64,000 nucleotides of DNA from Granulicella sp. (GTDB lineage Bacteria; Acidobacteriota; Terriglobia; Terriglobales; Acidobacteriaceae), in contig DAHWNL010000049.1 of NCBI GenBank assembly GCA_027339965.1, forward strand, positions 30,542 to 94,541, read 5' to 3'. The notes under the pieces are model-generated. The model did no database searches and was not told where the DNA came from. It saw only the letters and a program-made list of their open reading frames with translations. The stretch's first letter is position 1; each line of letters opens with the position of its first letter. The position numbers and the translations under genes are program-made. Shown in pieces: positions 63,870 to 64,000 of this stretch.

Positions 63870-64000
63870 ATGGCAAGAGTTCATGCGACGGAAGGAAGTT
63901 GCCTGAGGCTGTGCTGAATGAGCGGCGCCGACGGGCGGTCAAGATGGTTCTTGGTGGCGCGACGATTGCCGTATCGGCCAACCAGTGCGAGTTGGCCGAG
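63870..64000 (+). mobile_element. Probable IS630-family transposase N-terminal fragment (frameshifted; runs off the window)
   Basis: MARVHA / (frameshift) KLPEAVLNERRRRAVKMVLGGATIAVSANQCELAE resembles IS630 N-terminal HTH regions (recalled). Confidence 0.45.

Overview
A 64-kb, GC-rich (about 60% by eye) bacterial chromosomal segment, most likely from Acidobacteriota (Acidobacteriaceae-like). This assignment is inferred from the GWxTD protein, a MacA/ABC-ATPase pair without a permease, and a WGL..KL..Y/AKL/RPPP small protein. From left to right: (1) a GT4 glycosyltransferase, nagB and nagA, with a divergent Tat-exported GH20 hexosaminidase; (2) a 62-bp tandem duplication and a small membrane ORF ending in RRPPP (candidate ribosome-arrest leader) ahead of an RND efflux operon and a universal stress protein; (3) a compact purF-purL(large type)-purM-purC-purD-purN-purE-purK operon with gammaproteobacterial character; (4) an envelope cluster (predicted beta-barrel protein, GWxTD protein, MFP plus ABC ATPase, 946-aa secreted unknown); (5) two APC permeases, thiE, accC, accB, an M24 peptidase, a metallophosphoesterase and a small HTH protein; (6) etfB-etfA-fadF-like genes with a divergent acyl-CoA dehydrogenase; (7) a frameshifted aldo/keto reductase, an alcohol dehydrogenase and an AraC regulator; (8) a LacI-associated L-fucose/L-galactose oxidative cluster; (9) tRNA-Asn followed by IS256-, IS21- and probably IS630-family relics. 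No CRISPR array, rRNA, integrase or prophage was seen. All family assignments come from motif recognition and recall, not from database searches.
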